Positions 22,801 through 31,457 of a stretch of DNA of 64,000 nt are shown piece by piece. The DNA is from a virus, in the IMG/VR virus record IMGVR_UViG_3300020473_000017; one strand, written 5' to 3'. Position 1 is the stretch's first letter; every line of letters begins with the position of its first letter. The notes below the pieces were generated by a model. It was not told where the DNA came from and made no database searches. It saw only the letters and a list, made by a program, of their open reading frames with translations. Position numbers and translations under genes: made by a program.

Positions 22801-25800
22801 CTCTAGTTGCTGCACTAAAGTTACCAGCTCCATCTTTTAGGTTATTTCGCAGAGGTTGAATTCTCAATATGGAAGTTGTTGGATCCCAATTAATAACTTT
22901 ACCTCTAGCAGTTTGAGCACCTAGAACTGGTTCTGATATAACAATTTCATCTTTAGCAAACGAACCACTACCTAATACTTCAGTTAGAGTTAAATCTACA
23001 AAATCTGGTAAAGTTACATATGCTACTGGAGCACCTGCAGGATTATAACCAGATCCCATGTTAGCAATAGTAACACCAGATACTGAACCAGAAATAGTAG
23101 CAACTGCGGTTGCACCAGATCCAGATCTAGTGGATCCAGTCAATTTTGGAAGAGATGAGTAGTTCCTTCCTGAATCACCAATAGAAATTTTTCCAATACC
23201 GCCTGTTGGGTATATTGAAGTTGTAACATAATTAATGCCACTTGTATACCCACTTTCGGGTTCTTTTCCAACAATATAGGTAAAATTAAGATCAGTTACA
23301 TCTTTTACAATATTTGTGCCAGATAAAGGCTCATTCATTACTGTAAGGTAACTTCCAGCAATAGTTCCTTGAATATCGAAATAATAGAAGATTCCAGGAA
23401 GATCTGTCATCAATATAGTGATAGAAGTCTGTTGACCCGTTTGTGCATTGCTTGTTTCTGCAGATATGTTCTTATAAGTGAAAATATCGGTATTTGCGGG
23501 ATCTAACGTAAATGCAAGTGTTTTTCCAACATTACTTGCATCAGAAGTGTCAAATGTGTAAGAATGCCCGTCAATCAACTCTAACTTAGGTTCTTGGACA
23601 TAAACATCAGCAGAAGTGACTGTAGCGGCAGCTGTAGACCCATGATTGCGTTTTACAGTGAATCTACGAAGAGTTTCCGTTCTAATTACTTCATAATCAG
23701 TTTTATCGTATGTAGATGGAGAAACTCCTGAAATATTAACAGTATCGCCTATTGCAACTTGATGAGCAAGACTTGTATGACATACTGCCTCTCTTAAAGT
23801 CTCAGTTAATGTAATACTAAAACTAGACCCTCCACCGTTACCTAAGTTCTGATCACTAGCAGAAATAGTATCTCCAACATTATATGCAGTACCAAACTCT
23901 GTAATTGTAACTGTAGTAATTGCACCACCAGAAATGACTATAGTTGCCTTTGCATTCCTACCACTATTATTAGTAGTCAATGGAACGTCAGTATAAGTTC
24001 CATTTTCATATCCAGAACCACCAGTGATAGATGACCATCCACCTTGGACTAAATTACCGTCTGTACGAGTTCTTACGTAAGTCCAAGACAATGTACCATC
24101 AGATGCTGTTCCTGATAAGTGAGTAGGAGCATTTCCTGCACCAGAATCAGATGTACCAGCTGCAGCAGCCTTATAAACTCTATTTGCAACATAAACAAGA
24201 TCATTTTTAGCATATGCAGTACTATTAGTCCAAGGACCAATTAACTTCATACTTACTAGGTCAAAATACTCAAAATGGTACTTATTATTGATAATTTTAG
24301 TATTAAGAGATCTTGTAGATGAATTATCAGCAATAGTGATAGTAAGTTGATCATCACCAACCAAATAATGTTTATCTGAAGTTGTTAAGGTTGCAGTAAC
24401 AACATCATCGTCATCTACAGCATAATTGAGAGAAGAAACCGTTGTACCAGTAACTGCAGAGATTGCTGCACTAACACCTTCTCCTCCAGAAGTACTATTA
24501 TCGAATAATAGTCGATCATTGACCTTATAACCAGTACCACCACCTTCTACTAGATATTGATCGATATTAGCAGAAGAATATTGGTTAGTAGAACTAACTG
24601 TTAACGATTCTGCAATTCCACCACGGATTACTGGATAATAACTAAAATATCCAATACCATCTTCAACATATTGAAGAATCTCTCCAGTTTCAAGTGTAAT
24701 GAGAGTTGTAGTGTCTTCTAGTGCCAAAACAAAGTCAACTTTGTTATCAAGTTGCTTTCTCTTAGTGGTTATGTTATCAGTTCCGATATATGGTGCTTTA
24801 TACCTAATTGAGTCTTCTGTAAAGTTTTTCTGAAGACCATTTCCGTCCCAGTTGACTTCATCCGCTTCTGAGTAGAAATTTGGTCCTACAAAATACGGAA
24901 ATTTCGGATTTCCGCTGATTCCATCAATTGTACAGAAATATGCATAAACTCCATCTGGAAATTCTGGAGTTACGCAGAATCTACCGTTATATTGGTCTAA
25001 ACCACCTAATCCCTCTACATATTCATAATCTTCAATAAAGGTGCCCATAGGGTCAGCAAGACCACTTAGAAGAGCATCCCTACTTGTCTTCAATCGGTAG
25101 CTTGTACCAGGTTGACTATATGCATTGTATGGATTCTGGTTTTCGGGATCCTCATACCCATAAGGTCCATATATGGGGTGTCCATCATAAGCCCATCCAA
25201 TAATAGGTGAGTGTTTAGTTGGATTTAACTCTTTCCATGGTGGATTATTAGGATCTGTGTCAGGTTCAATATTATCAGCTAAGTAATATCTAAGATTCTT
25301 AGGATTGTACAAATATCCATACTCTCCACCATATATTCCACTATTCTCACCTTCCATTACTGCACCACTAGATTGGTCAGTCACTTTCCTTGCATTGAAG
25401 GATACTTGACCAACTTCTGTTGCAGTTGCTGATTCGTTAAAGGTTAATTCTGTTAATTTGGTTGTAAATGACGCACCAGTTCCTGGATATACAATACTGA
25501 TGTTTGTATTACCTACAGTATATCCAATTCCTTTGTTAGTTACTACAATACCAGTAACAATGTTCTGTGATAGGTCTACTTGAGCAAATGCAGTAGCACC
25601 AACTCCATCTCCAGTAATAACAACGTCTGGAGCACCAAAATACCCACTACCACCAAAAGTTACGATAGCACTTTCTATCTTTCCATTCAAAATTGATGGA
25701 TAGGCAACAGCACCACTACCAGAGATTAATTTGATGACTGGTTCGTAAGTATACTGTGATCCAGCAGCAGTAATAGTAATATCCTTAAGAGGTCCACGTA

Positions 25801-28264
25801 CAACAGCAGTTGCAGTTGCTCCTGCACCATTACCACCAGTAATTATAATTGTTGGTAATCCAGCAGCCTGTGTATATCCACTTCCAGAGTTGGTGACTGT
25901 GATTCCAGTAACCTTACCCTCAGTTATCTGTGCAACAGCAGTTGCCTGTGTACTACTGGATGCACCACCTCCACTAATAGAGACACTTGGTTCACTTGTG
26001 TACCCGCCACCCCCATTTGTAACGTTAATAGAAATAACTCTACCGTCTACCTCTGCAGTTGCAGATGCAGCAAGACCTAAGTAAGTCCATTCAATAGTTC
26101 CTAGAGTTACATTACCAGATGTATGTGTTGGATACAATGTATTGCTACTTTGCCCTACATTCTTAGATTGATATCTCTTTCCACCCCATTTAACAACTAT
26201 TCCACTAGCATAGTTGGTTGCAAGCTTATAATCTGGTTCAAATTCAACTGTAGGTGGGTTTTGAATATCATATCCATCTCCACCTGAATTTTTAGTGATT
26301 GATTTTAATCCACCATACTTTCTAGTAGTACTTCCCTTATATGAGAATAAAGGAACGCCATTAGCACCAATTCCAACTTGACCTATAGGAGTTGGAGTCT
26401 TTGTACTCTTAGTAGATGTCTGTAATGGTATTCTCTTAAGATATCTCTGGTTTCCTGGATCTATATCAGCTGCTGCGAAAGGTCCAATCTTATGTGATGG
26501 TATACCTGTACTAGCTACAATACAATCTGTTGATGACTTGTAGGTATTACTGGTATCTGCAATAAACTTGGAAACTATAGCATTATAGGAATAGTCAGAT
26601 GATCCATATGCAAATTCTCTAGCAATAAAGAATTCCTTACCTGCTAATATCGGAGCAGCAGGAGTTGACGAGAGAACAAATTCAAAAATGTAATTATCAA
26701 CAATACCAATCACATCATGTTGGTTGTTGTAGATATCTTCCTCAGCATTAAGGATTCTAACCTTATCATCTCTTCTTAATTGATGCTTTTCCTTTGTTGT
26801 AACAGTTACCCTAACAGCACCATTAGGATCGGGTGTTCCTAGGGTTGCTGTAACCCCTCTAAGTGCTCTTCTGACGTTATATACAAAAGAACTCCATATT
26901 GGGTCAAGACTATCGAAACCAGGTGCTAGAGGGGTCGTAACCTTACTTTGTGGAAGGTAATACTTACCACCTTTTGATATATTAACACCTCTGGTTCCAC
27001 CATAGACCTTTAATTGGATTTCAGACCCATCTACGTTGCTTTTACCGTAAATCTTGTATGCAGCAAAAACTTCTTGCCCTGCATCATGTGCTACATTGAG
27101 TGTACTCTCTCTAGCACGATTACAACCTAAAAATTGGTTAACCGTTTTGTCAGTATAGCTAATAATTTCATCTTCAATTCTAAATCGACCATTTTTCTCT
27201 GGCCAACCTAATGTAGAATCAACAGTAATGATATCATCACTTAAACTACCAGTTAAATCCGCAGCAAGAATTGATTTGTAAGGAGTTACAAAAGTTCCAA
27301 GTGCATTATTGGTATCTACGTCAACTTCAAAGATTGAACCAGTCTGAGTGAATACTTCAACAACACCTTTAACGTATATACGTGCTGCATTGATACTTGG
27401 ATCATTTGCATCAGCTTCTTGGTATAAAACTTCCCCAACAAGTTCAGTTGGATCTCCTGTTATAGCAACACAGCGAATTACTTCCCTAGAAGTGTAATAT
27501 GCGTCCGATGGTTTGAAAATTCGGTCTCTTGGATAAGAAATTTCTGATTCTACGCCAAAAATCGTTCTCAAAACAAATTGGAACGATCTTGTAGACCCTT
27601 TAGAAGCATAAAAGTCCTTAATTCGCTTAATTACGGTACTTTCAGTAAGTCCAGAGTAAAAATTCTTCGGATAAGTGGATAAAAGCAGTTCTTTGAACTG
27701 TCCCAACATGAAAAGTGGGAACAGGTTGTTCAAATTAACAACTTTTGACCCAAGAACGTGTTCTGTGGGAGTTGTTGATGAGAAAATGAAGTCTCCTGCC
27801 TCTCCAATTGCTTTTACAGCATCAAAACCCCTTGAACAGGTATTAAAAAGGGTTGCACCCTTACTTTGGTAGTAAATTATCTCATCATCTATTAAAATTA
27901 GTCCCTCACTGGGAAAATCACGAGTTGAAGTAACGTCAACAGTAGTAGAAGAGGTAGTTACCGTCGAAATTGTTGTTGTTTCAGTAACTAGGTTACCATA
28001 ATTGTCAAGATTATAATAATCAGCCCAATTATTGATTATATCTAAGCAATATCCCTTTAATTCTTGTGATTGATAGTATGCTTTAACGAACTCTATGAAT
28101 GTAGGAAAGCTATCCTGTATAAAACTGGCAAATTGGCCAGTAATACTATCAGATATCTGCGATCTAGATTCAGGACTTACTTCCGATGGAACTGGTGTTG
28201 TCGTGACCGTCGTAGTCGGAGTAGTCCACGACCCTACTTTCCAGGATGAATTCGATTGAGCCAT
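13856..28264 (-). CDS. gp7: Baseplate wedge initiator gp7-like, 4802 aa, with many inserted domains (YHYH-like segment, GxGY repeats, nested Cys/His repeats)
   Basis: N-terminal FIEFVKAYY..QE, IKRIKDFYASKG; HPAGFKVVG motif; HSPIIGWAYDGHPIYGPYG, LDQYNGRFCVTPEFP; between gp6 and gp8. Confidence 0.88.
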   Translation of the reverse strand: MAQSNSSWKVGSWTTPTTTVTTTPVPSEVSPESRSQISDSITGQFASFIQDSFPTFIEFVKAYYQSQELKGYCLDIINNWADYYNLDNYGNLVTETTTISTVTTSSTTVDVTSTRDFPSEGLILIDDEIIYYQSKGATLFNTCSRGFDAVKAIGEAGDFIFSSTTPTEHVLGSKVVNLNNLFPLFMLGQFKELLLSTYPKNFYSGLTESTVIKRIKDFYASKGSTRSFQFVLRTIFGVESEISYPRDRIFKPSDAYYTSREVIRCVAITGDPTELVGEVLYQEADANDPSINAARIYVKGVVEVFTQTGSIFEVDVDTNNALGTFVTPYKSILAADLTGSLSDDIITVDSTLGWPEKNGRFRIEDEIISYTDKTVNQFLGCNRARESTLNVAHDAGQEVFAAYKIYGKSNVDGSEIQLKVYGGTRGVNISKGGKYYLPQSKVTTPLAPGFDSLDPIWSSFVYNVRRALRGVTATLGTPDPNGAVRVTVTTKEKHQLRRDDKVRILNAEEDIYNNQHDVIGIVDNYIFEFVLSSTPAAPILAGKEFFIAREFAYGSSDYSYNAIVSKFIADTSNTYKSSTDCIVASTGIPSHKIGPFAAADIDPGNQRYLKRIPLQTSTKSTKTPTPIGQVGIGANGVPLFSYKGSTTRKYGGLKSITKNSGGDGYDIQNPPTVEFEPDYKLATNYASGIVVKWGGKRYQSKNVGQSSNTLYPTHTSGNVTLGTIEWTYLGLAASATAEVDGRVISINVTNGGGGYTSEPSVSISGGGASSSTQATAVAQITEGKVTGITVTNSGSGYTQAAGLPTIIITGGNGAGATATAVVRGPLKDITITAAGSQYTYEPVIKLISGSGAVAYPSILNGKIESAIVTFGGSGYFGAPDVVITGDGVGATAFAQVDLSQNIVTGIVVTNKGIGYTVGNTNISIVYPGTGASFTTKLTELTFNESATATEVGQVSFNARKVTDQSSGAVMEGENSGIYGGEYGYLYNPKNLRYYLADNIEPDTDPNNPPWKELNPTKHSPIIGWAYDGHPIYGPYGYEDPENQNPYNAYSQPGTSYRLKTSRDALLSGLADPMGTFIEDYEYVEGLGGLDQYNGRFCVTPEFPDGVYAYFCTIDGISGNPKFPYFVGPNFYSEADEVNWDGNGLQKNFTEDSIRYKAPYIGTDNITTKRKQLDNKVDFVLALEDTTTLITLETGEILQYVEDGIGYFSYYPVIRGGIAESLTVSSTNQYSSANIDQYLVEGGGTGYKVNDRLLFDNSTSGGEGVSAAISAVTGTTVSSLNYAVDDDDVVTATLTTSDKHYLVGDDQLTITIADNSSTRSLNTKIINNKYHFEYFDLVSMKLIGPWTNSTAYAKNDLVYVANRVYKAAAAGTSDSGAGNAPTHLSGTASDGTLSWTYVRTRTDGNLVQGGWSSITGGSGYENGTYTDVPLTTNNSGRNAKATIVISGGAITTVTITEFGTAYNVGDTISASDQNLGNGGGSSFSITLTETLREAVCHTSLAHQVAIGDTVNISGVSPSTYDKTDYEVIRTETLRRFTVKRNHGSTAAATVTSADVYVQEPKLELIDGHSYTFDTSDASNVGKTLAFTLDPANTDIFTYKNISAETSNAQTGQQTSITILMTDLPGIFYYFDIQGTIAGSYLTVMNEPLSGTNIVKDVTDLNFTYIVGKEPESGYTSGINYVTTSIYPTGGIGKISIGDSGRNYSSLPKLTGSTRSGSGATAVATISGSVSGVTIANMGSGYNPAGAPVAYVTLPDFVDLTLTEVLGSGSFAKDEIVISEPVLGAQTARGKVINWDPTTSILRIQPLRNNLKDGAGNFSAATRGWIMYTPWASNNARGKVYSSDAEAKVTTVGGIHANVQAVIPSSGPNVGKLESVSIIAAGSNYRAAPTIDLDDPTYGLVNTVSITTQSSTNYTTGTYTGVAQKSVAPTGGTNVEFTVIVNGAGTIESITVTDGGSTYALGDVITISGASMGGTDVTHDATVTVDKLTHLDPAITNCVLNASIDAITVTNTGSGYLSAPNVDVSGGSGINAKFNSSIVNEGVSSINIEDGGTLYQNAPVVNITQKTGKGASLLLKSSDLGKILKIGGDNITFNYSHDRTLKPELNTTYNLQLTRTQVIDYLDVTNGGQNFVSQPTIVLTGGSGSLYQLEAIVENEVIQSVEVRNGGRGFLSAPVVNARVTHNWVALMSNSTLNFPYNTKMPTGTAVTLNEVVGTFPAPLAINTTYYVVAANGSNGLANNQVKLATSEANAIANTPTTITFTSAPVGDANGLTTFTLDTTDLGDVITAYMRPATFLVGERVYQGASTASYTAFGYVKNWDPAGRVVSVEISEGEFKVGEPIFGEESSSFGSIHAFDRADAVFEVSPISISSSQWERTTGFLDINEQRLYDSNRFQEFSYEISSPINIRDWKNPLKFAAHPAGFKVVGTQILSQASKKSYRGKPTLDLLTTSSTDWWVPGSNSISATFNGLTYVTPKPSAKNTGKLATINNFALGKPDYTAAVPTEVQIFGRQLLDIQKILTCVSYKVDDITSRDISFDGASSSVVDLSNNRITLTNHGLVENQTVTFRGDIGGLTTGTVYYVDVIDANTISLKSSLGGSTVVLSSLSVGTHTFVSCNTDGIVANNGSFFNPTNVVYTPADGNLVIHSAGHGLNTNNKISIADDALTLTCLMDNNATNHTYPRSTDPIGHGGKILDITATTNDTFTVNVGSTAAINKFTVGIDGVNTQFTTRVDNTLITTKISKTSVKSQFLVIIDGIVQNPNNYTFASDVITFSTAPKVGSSALVMYYDRASYTSSFQLDQIGDELKTLDTGMSGSAAHTYVGGTATNAVTVVSDSNTQKNVTNATYTPATGLLELTIGSHSYTTSDTIQIADSSLKFTCAADNHASTHAYPRPSDEAFGATLAITAETATTITVQVNTNLSPVRDTSDGLTAGTGYADGTYANIPLFNKIGTGVGATGDIVVVDGGVKNVVLNNPGNGYTDNDILGISPIGKPLTNSYVPSTASYTPSTGVLELTVGEHTLTAPTTTTVTDADYNPTTGIMTVTVVAHGLKAGDQVKFADGSLKLSCAFGGASGTAAQKDYPRNTDYASDRWLEVSNITTNTFDVTVLDTIPSTNTDAHSFVSAVASGLSIATSTVKFSNNSLNFTCTQGGGVHSYPRSSDPISGKNVPVDAISSTTFTVNALNGTAATNTTTHTFDSLATYQYQPSYCDYDATTGIMEVWATAHGLSNGDFVQFAADGLTFKCSRDGYATNHTYPRSTDPAAGNWLNVFEVSTNNFKVNIGQAVEKAMTPTSATFNASTGALSMSVENHGLTAATSHTATGASFNTTTGIVTIEVNNHGFKAGDKVKLKDGAITFSCTHGSGGQTAYPRSTDPISGKWITIRAVNPDTFDIQCLDDTPCTNTTTHTFVSGLADGILYATSFVSIDDDALTFTCSMDDDFSRHSYPAAGDRSSKAVIGVESVTSDTFTVDVGASPEVAFTPTAATYTATTGDLQLTIGSHSLEVGNSINIDVNSLMFRCDMENDGTLASGNLTSLGATLHNYPRVTDPAAKTNQYITATTGTTITVNVGTSPIVNYQPTGAALNLANGDLDLTVGGHKFRGYDTFTPTDIAYDPATGVATLTIKGHTINKGDYVQIAKESLTFTCTAGAGNHSYPRVTDPAYRSWLQVLAVTNDTIQLNFYVATGATGQAHTFVSASDNCVQRKGDTIKLADGGIVMSCDNGGVSNQSYPRTDTISYTPTDADYDPATGIMTVTHGGGAAAFVNGDQVKFDDSAIVFTCTQGGGTHAYPRATDPASGRWLTIWDADDTTFKVQVLDSIPSTNVTVHTFDSAVSNGLKKKKDWAYDRPIPIKSVGYTSHAVTAAVYVPSTGVLTSTVAGHGFSNGDYIKVNQGALKFTCNKDSNATVKSYPTLEDPNYDEWMLVSNVTTDTFDINVGVAGPNGQHAHTFVPEGKLTPTVAAYDPLTGVFTITINNHGFIAGDEIKIDDDTFRFTCNEDFHTSFHNYPRSTDPISGQWVKIYNVTTNTFDIQVLNSVPSTNTTAHTFISAVSNSITRATVKKQTGVITINTNNRDSAITHQYAHSFVSAGATAVIAGGNYTHTFIQATTNAIKSGGDHTHTFVNATPGSVKTGFAHQFVSASANSVTRSLVQSGGYEYDKLADAGRLIRENLDFIATTAYGRMMATNSTFVVPSFVKCIRDTKLITEAVANNIEFGGNDATYDAAKYYVGTVHLQGEEDQTVLVFNHARDIAREVMRNISVTTNHYTEGAQYKDLTITNDSGNATYDTNDCTDVASAITTLTAIVTQAVGTTSGGAGNLTGITRTSSSNPEFQVEVGTVAFDGTDKIFSAKVAGSNYALPASDNFLIFLNSILQIKGSTEAYTYTGSTISFTEAPTSGMDFYGFYFGKLQLLDTIAPFFDNARKTFVMTLNSEPFSLQSDNSSVEPANNVMIFLNGVFQEPGVAYQLNGSIIEFFEAPRAGSTCSLYIYVGSAEDIFISNTFNSLDPNDRVMVKSEGEDRLLATVSSATSVDTYEYTGLRPTVANFECTINNGKVDTVSILDGGSNYEVPPILYFQGGSGTGASAETVVQSGSGTVTSIVNLNGGAGYLTPPTVFAVHPVHIERKSRDRIISNTLALANTYLASSISAVDTTLTCKNIYFDVSQNIGFPDEGEVLIPYYNPATDSSGNVIGWTCERILYGSKNTSANTLTVATGGRGYGGTTAFAISIQTGTYSSSGTVSTITTSAAHNLTTGMSIYLDHTSGDGFDGAYKVTVTAVDTFTVEYPFSRTTSGNVSLLPEVRLRSL
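15810..20440 (-). repeat. 13 copies of a ~100-aa repeat (YxPxTG..HG/GD..L.F.C..HxYPRxTDP..TF.V/HTFVS) inside gp7, 11 of them nested
   Basis: Counted 13 YP[R/A/T]xxD motifs, each preceded by a conserved Cys, in the translation. Confidence 0.85.
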
Positions 28265-28272
28265 GCGTTTTA

Positions 28273-30156
28273 TTAATTATAGCTGGACTCTGGTACAACT
28301 CCCGTACCAGATAGGTTTGAACCGCTACTGATGGTGTCTTCCACAACACTTACAGTCGTATTATCTATACCTAATGTCAAATAGGTTTCACGCAAAGAAA
28401 CAAGATCATTGGATTCTGGAACTGCTGAAAGTTGAAGAATGTTACCTGATGTTATTGTGGTTGAAATTATTATGTCATTAATGACAATTTCACCCATATC
28501 ATAGTCAACAGTACCTACGTCAGCAGTACTGTATTCAAATGCACCAGTGTCTTTAATATAATAAAGTCTCAATTTACCTAAACCATCATCATTGATGAAG
28601 TAAGTATTGATTGTATCACCAGCAATTTTAAATCCTGAAGAAGAAACCGTAGGTTCTGTCGAGGTTCCTTGGTTAATTCTGTTACCATAACAGATTTTAT
28701 AGTTCACACGAGCGTTTAAATCAACTGTTACGTTCTTTCTCATCTTGAGACGAGTGATATTCGATGTAATTGATCCATCTGCACCATCAATTATACTCTG
28801 AAGTTTAGAGTATTTGAACTTTCCACCGAATTTATTGAATTCAGATCCTGTATTAAGCGCAGTTAGTGTTGCAATAACTGCATTTTGCACTTCATCTCTC
28901 AATTTACGTGTAATATTTGGATTATAGTACACAAAACTGTTCATATCGATGTATAAAATCGATGGATCAATGATTGAAGGTTGAATTGCTGCTACAGAAT
29001 ACTCTCTAAGCTTCTTCAAAATAACATTTTTCTCGGAAAGAGATAATTTATCCGCATTTTTTGGTTTGATTGCCAAAAATACCTTTCCATATTCAGGTGG
29101 AGACGCTTCTTCACCACCATAACACGCAATTGAAGCAACGTTAGGATAAATTTGAGGAACAATTGCCTCATAATCCTGCGTTGAAACTGCTCTACCGAAT
29201 GCAGAGTAGAATTTAGGCGCAGAAAACTTAATTCCTTCCTTAGATTCTGCTGGAGCACCGCCTTCTGGACGTTTATCCAGTGTAATAGTGATTCCAGAGG
29301 TCAAAGAATTCGCTTCATCATCTAAAAATGTACCAATATTAGTGAAAGTAAGCAATCCATTAGCTCCCATTCCACTAGAAGTGGTATAAGTGACGCTAAT
29401 TACATCACCATTGAGCAAATCTTTACCAATTGTACCGTCTCCGAACATAATTTCGGGTCTTTGATACTCAGATTCCTCTAAAAAGAAGACTTTTGATGTA
29501 GAATCTATCTTAGTAATGTCTGTTGCTTGTAAATAACGCTCTGTAATAGTACCAGAACTGACCTGAACCTTCATTGAGGAAGTATCTGCGTTCTGATTCG
29601 TTAGAATAAAACGTTGTCTTTCATTAACATTGCGTACAAATGTGTCTGTTAGGTAAACACCTTCATAAACTATAAGATTTGAGAAGGTTGCAATACCTGT
29701 TGTACTATCCACAGACACGATAACATCAGATGGAACAGAGAAGACGAAGTTATTATTGTCTAAACCTGTGAAATTTAATACTAATCCTTGTGAAAGTGTA
29801 ACCGTTTTTGGATATCCTTTTGTAATTACACCCTGTGCATTGGTTGTAACATTGGTTTGAACCTGAATTGTAACCGTTGCTTGTGAAGAACGAGCTGATT
29901 TTGGTGTATAACCAATCATCCTTGCCAATTTTACGACATTTTCACGTAAAACTGCGGTCTCTAGGAACCCTTCATTAACTGCAAGGTTGGCATTTACACT
30001 TGTATAGTAAGTATTATATGCTAAAGTATCAATTAAGACAGTCAATGATGACCCTTCAAAGTCATAATCACTAAACTCTGACTGTGCCTTTAGATAATCT
30101 TTAATTTGTGCCTTGATTTCGTTGAACTCAAGAGCATTGACTTGTTTAAATGCCAT
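28273..30156 (-). CDS. gp6: Baseplate wedge subunit gp6
   Basis: LEFNEIKAQIKDYL..QSEFSDYDFEGS.L..LIDTLAYNT; RAVSTQDYE; PPEYGKVF. Confidence 0.95.
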   Translation of the reverse strand: MAFKQVNALEFNEIKAQIKDYLKAQSEFSDYDFEGSSLTVLIDTLAYNTYYTSVNANLAVNEGFLETAVLRENVVKLARMIGYTPKSARSSQATVTIQVQTNVTTNAQGVITKGYPKTVTLSQGLVLNFTGLDNNNFVFSVPSDVIVSVDSTTGIATFSNLIVYEGVYLTDTFVRNVNERQRFILTNQNADTSSMKVQVSSGTITERYLQATDITKIDSTSKVFFLEESEYQRPEIMFGDGTIGKDLLNGDVISVTYTTSSGMGANGLLTFTNIGTFLDDEANSLTSGITITLDKRPEGGAPAESKEGIKFSAPKFYSAFGRAVSTQDYEAIVPQIYPNVASIACYGGEEASPPEYGKVFLAIKPKNADKLSLSEKNVILKKLREYSVAAIQPSIIDPSILYIDMNSFVYYNPNITRKLRDEVQNAVIATLTALNTGSEFNKFGGKFKYSKLQSIIDGADGSITSNITRLKMRKNVTVDLNARVNYKICYGNRINQGTSTEPTVSSSGFKIAGDTINTYFINDDGLGKLRLYYIKDTGAFEYSTADVGTVDYDMGEIVINDIIISTTITSGNILQLSAVPESNDLVSLRETYLTLGIDNTTVSVVEDTISSGSNLSGTGVVPESSYN

Positions 30157-30545
30157 TATGGTTTCAATGCTATATCGACTGAATCTTGTAAAGGTGGAAT
30201 TCCCAATATCACATAATTAATAGACACATCCAATTGGTTACGATTCTCTTCCCATTGGGTATCAATATCTATAACTGCAACCCTTGGCTCATGTAAGTTG
30301 ATAATTTCTTCAAGATTATCAGTTATTTCATTCTCAAGATCAGGACTAGCATTTTCAAATAACAGTCCTATAATGTTACCACCAAAGAAAGGATCAAATG
30401 GTTTCTCATAAAAGTTATATAATACTATATTTCTCACACTAGCCTTAATAGCTGATTCATTAGTCAGTGCCAAAACATCGTTTGTCACTGCGTTCTTTTC
30501 AAAAGTCAAGCTGAAGTCGCGGAAGGACTTCGATATAATAGCCAT
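30156..30545 (-). CDS. gp25: Baseplate wedge subunit gp25
   Basis: AIKASVRNIV...EKPFDPFFG..LLFE...EPRV; adjacent to gp6. Confidence 0.92.
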   Translation of the reverse strand: MAIISKSFRDFSLTFEKNAVTNDVLALTNESAIKASVRNIVLYNFYEKPFDPFFGGNIIGLLFENASPDLENEITDNLEEIINLHEPRVAVIDIDTQWEENRNQLDVSINYVILGIPPLQDSVDIALKP

Positions 30546-30569
30546 CCTTTACGGAATTAACCTTCTTTA

Positions 30570-30577
30570 TATTTATA
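30570..30577 (-). promoter_or_regulatory. T4 late promoter TATAAATA
   Basis: Exact consensus 25 nt upstream of gp25. Confidence 0.8.
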
Positions 30578-30585
30578 CCCGTTAT

Positions 30586-30879
30586 TCAGACTTGATAGAA
30601 AGTATACTTTAAGAAGAGCTCCTGACCCTTTTTAATTGGTTTAATAGTCGTCATATGATATATCTTACCCCATCCCTGATCTTCATACCCTTTAACGCAG
30701 TTAGGGTCATCATTATGATTCACAAAACCTCCTAAAGGGGTTCTCATAATTTGTTCATCTACCACAACATGTGATATACCAAGATAGATGTTATCTGGTA
30801 TATCCTCTTTAGCAAAGATGCCTTGTCCTGCGACAGGGCTATCTTTGATGTGTAGGCACTTAGGCAATGCTTGATACAT
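30586..30879 (-). CDS. Minimal SET-domain protein (lysine methyltransferase)
   Basis: S..AGQGIFAKEDI, GFVNHNDDPNC, IKKGQELFLKY match SET motifs; start reassigned to ATG 30879, which overlaps the upstream stop (TAATG). Confidence 0.85.
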   Translation of the reverse strand: MYQALPKCLHIKDSPVAGQGIFAKEDIPDNIYLGISHVVVDEQIMRTPLGGFVNHNDDPNCVKGYEDQGWGKIYHMTTIKPIKKGQELFLKYTFYQV

Positions 30880-31457
30880 TATAATGAAAATCCTGCTTCT
30901 ATGTCTAACCATCCAGTAATGATGGTCTTTTCTAATTTCTCGTCAATAACTCCTCTATGAGTATGTGTCCATTCGGCTGGCCATATCACAGTAGCACCCT
31001 TCTTGGCAGGGATATACTTATCCTGATACTTCCATTCAGTTCCACCGTCAGGATTATCAGAAAGGTACGTCATCCATACTAGAAATCGTTCTCTATTTAT
31101 TCTCTGCATACCTCTTTCATAATGCCATGTTCTATAACCCTGATTGGGTTTATATCTCTGTATGTTAAACATTGGAGATACATGACAATCAAGTTCACCT
31201 GCTTGTGGATATGTACGATAATAATCTTTTAGACAATCCATCAAACTCAGCATATACGTGTCAAGAACTTTTTCATTCTTAGCAAGCATGGTATGACAGT
31301 GCATATCTGTAGATGTTTTACCTGTTGCCTGAAGGTGTCTCTGAGAATATAATCCGTTATATTCTATTTTTGGTAAGTAGGTACATGTTTCATAGAACTC
31401 TACTATTTTATCACATATACCTACATCTATCTCACCTTCCCAGATGAAATTATGCAT
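30879..31457 (-). CDS. 2OG-Fe(II) oxygenase
   Basis: NIQRYKP..GY..WHYE, LVWMTYL.D..GGTE, WPAEWTHTHRG, KTIITGW. Confidence 0.88.
   Translation of the reverse strand: MHNFIWEGEIDVGICDKIVEFYETCTYLPKIEYNGLYSQRHLQATGKTSTDMHCHTMLAKNEKVLDTYMLSLMDCLKDYYRTYPQAGELDCHVSPMFNIQRYKPNQGYRTWHYERGMQRINRERFLVWMTYLSDNPDGGTEWKYQDKYIPAKKGATVIWPAEWTHTHRGVIDEKLEKTIITGWLDIEAGFSL

Noticed and set aside
630-27872. Many 60-125 aa plus-strand and alternate-frame ORFs inside the large structural genes
   Set aside because: Shadow ORFs produced by the codon bias of long minus-strand genes; no motifs or expression signals
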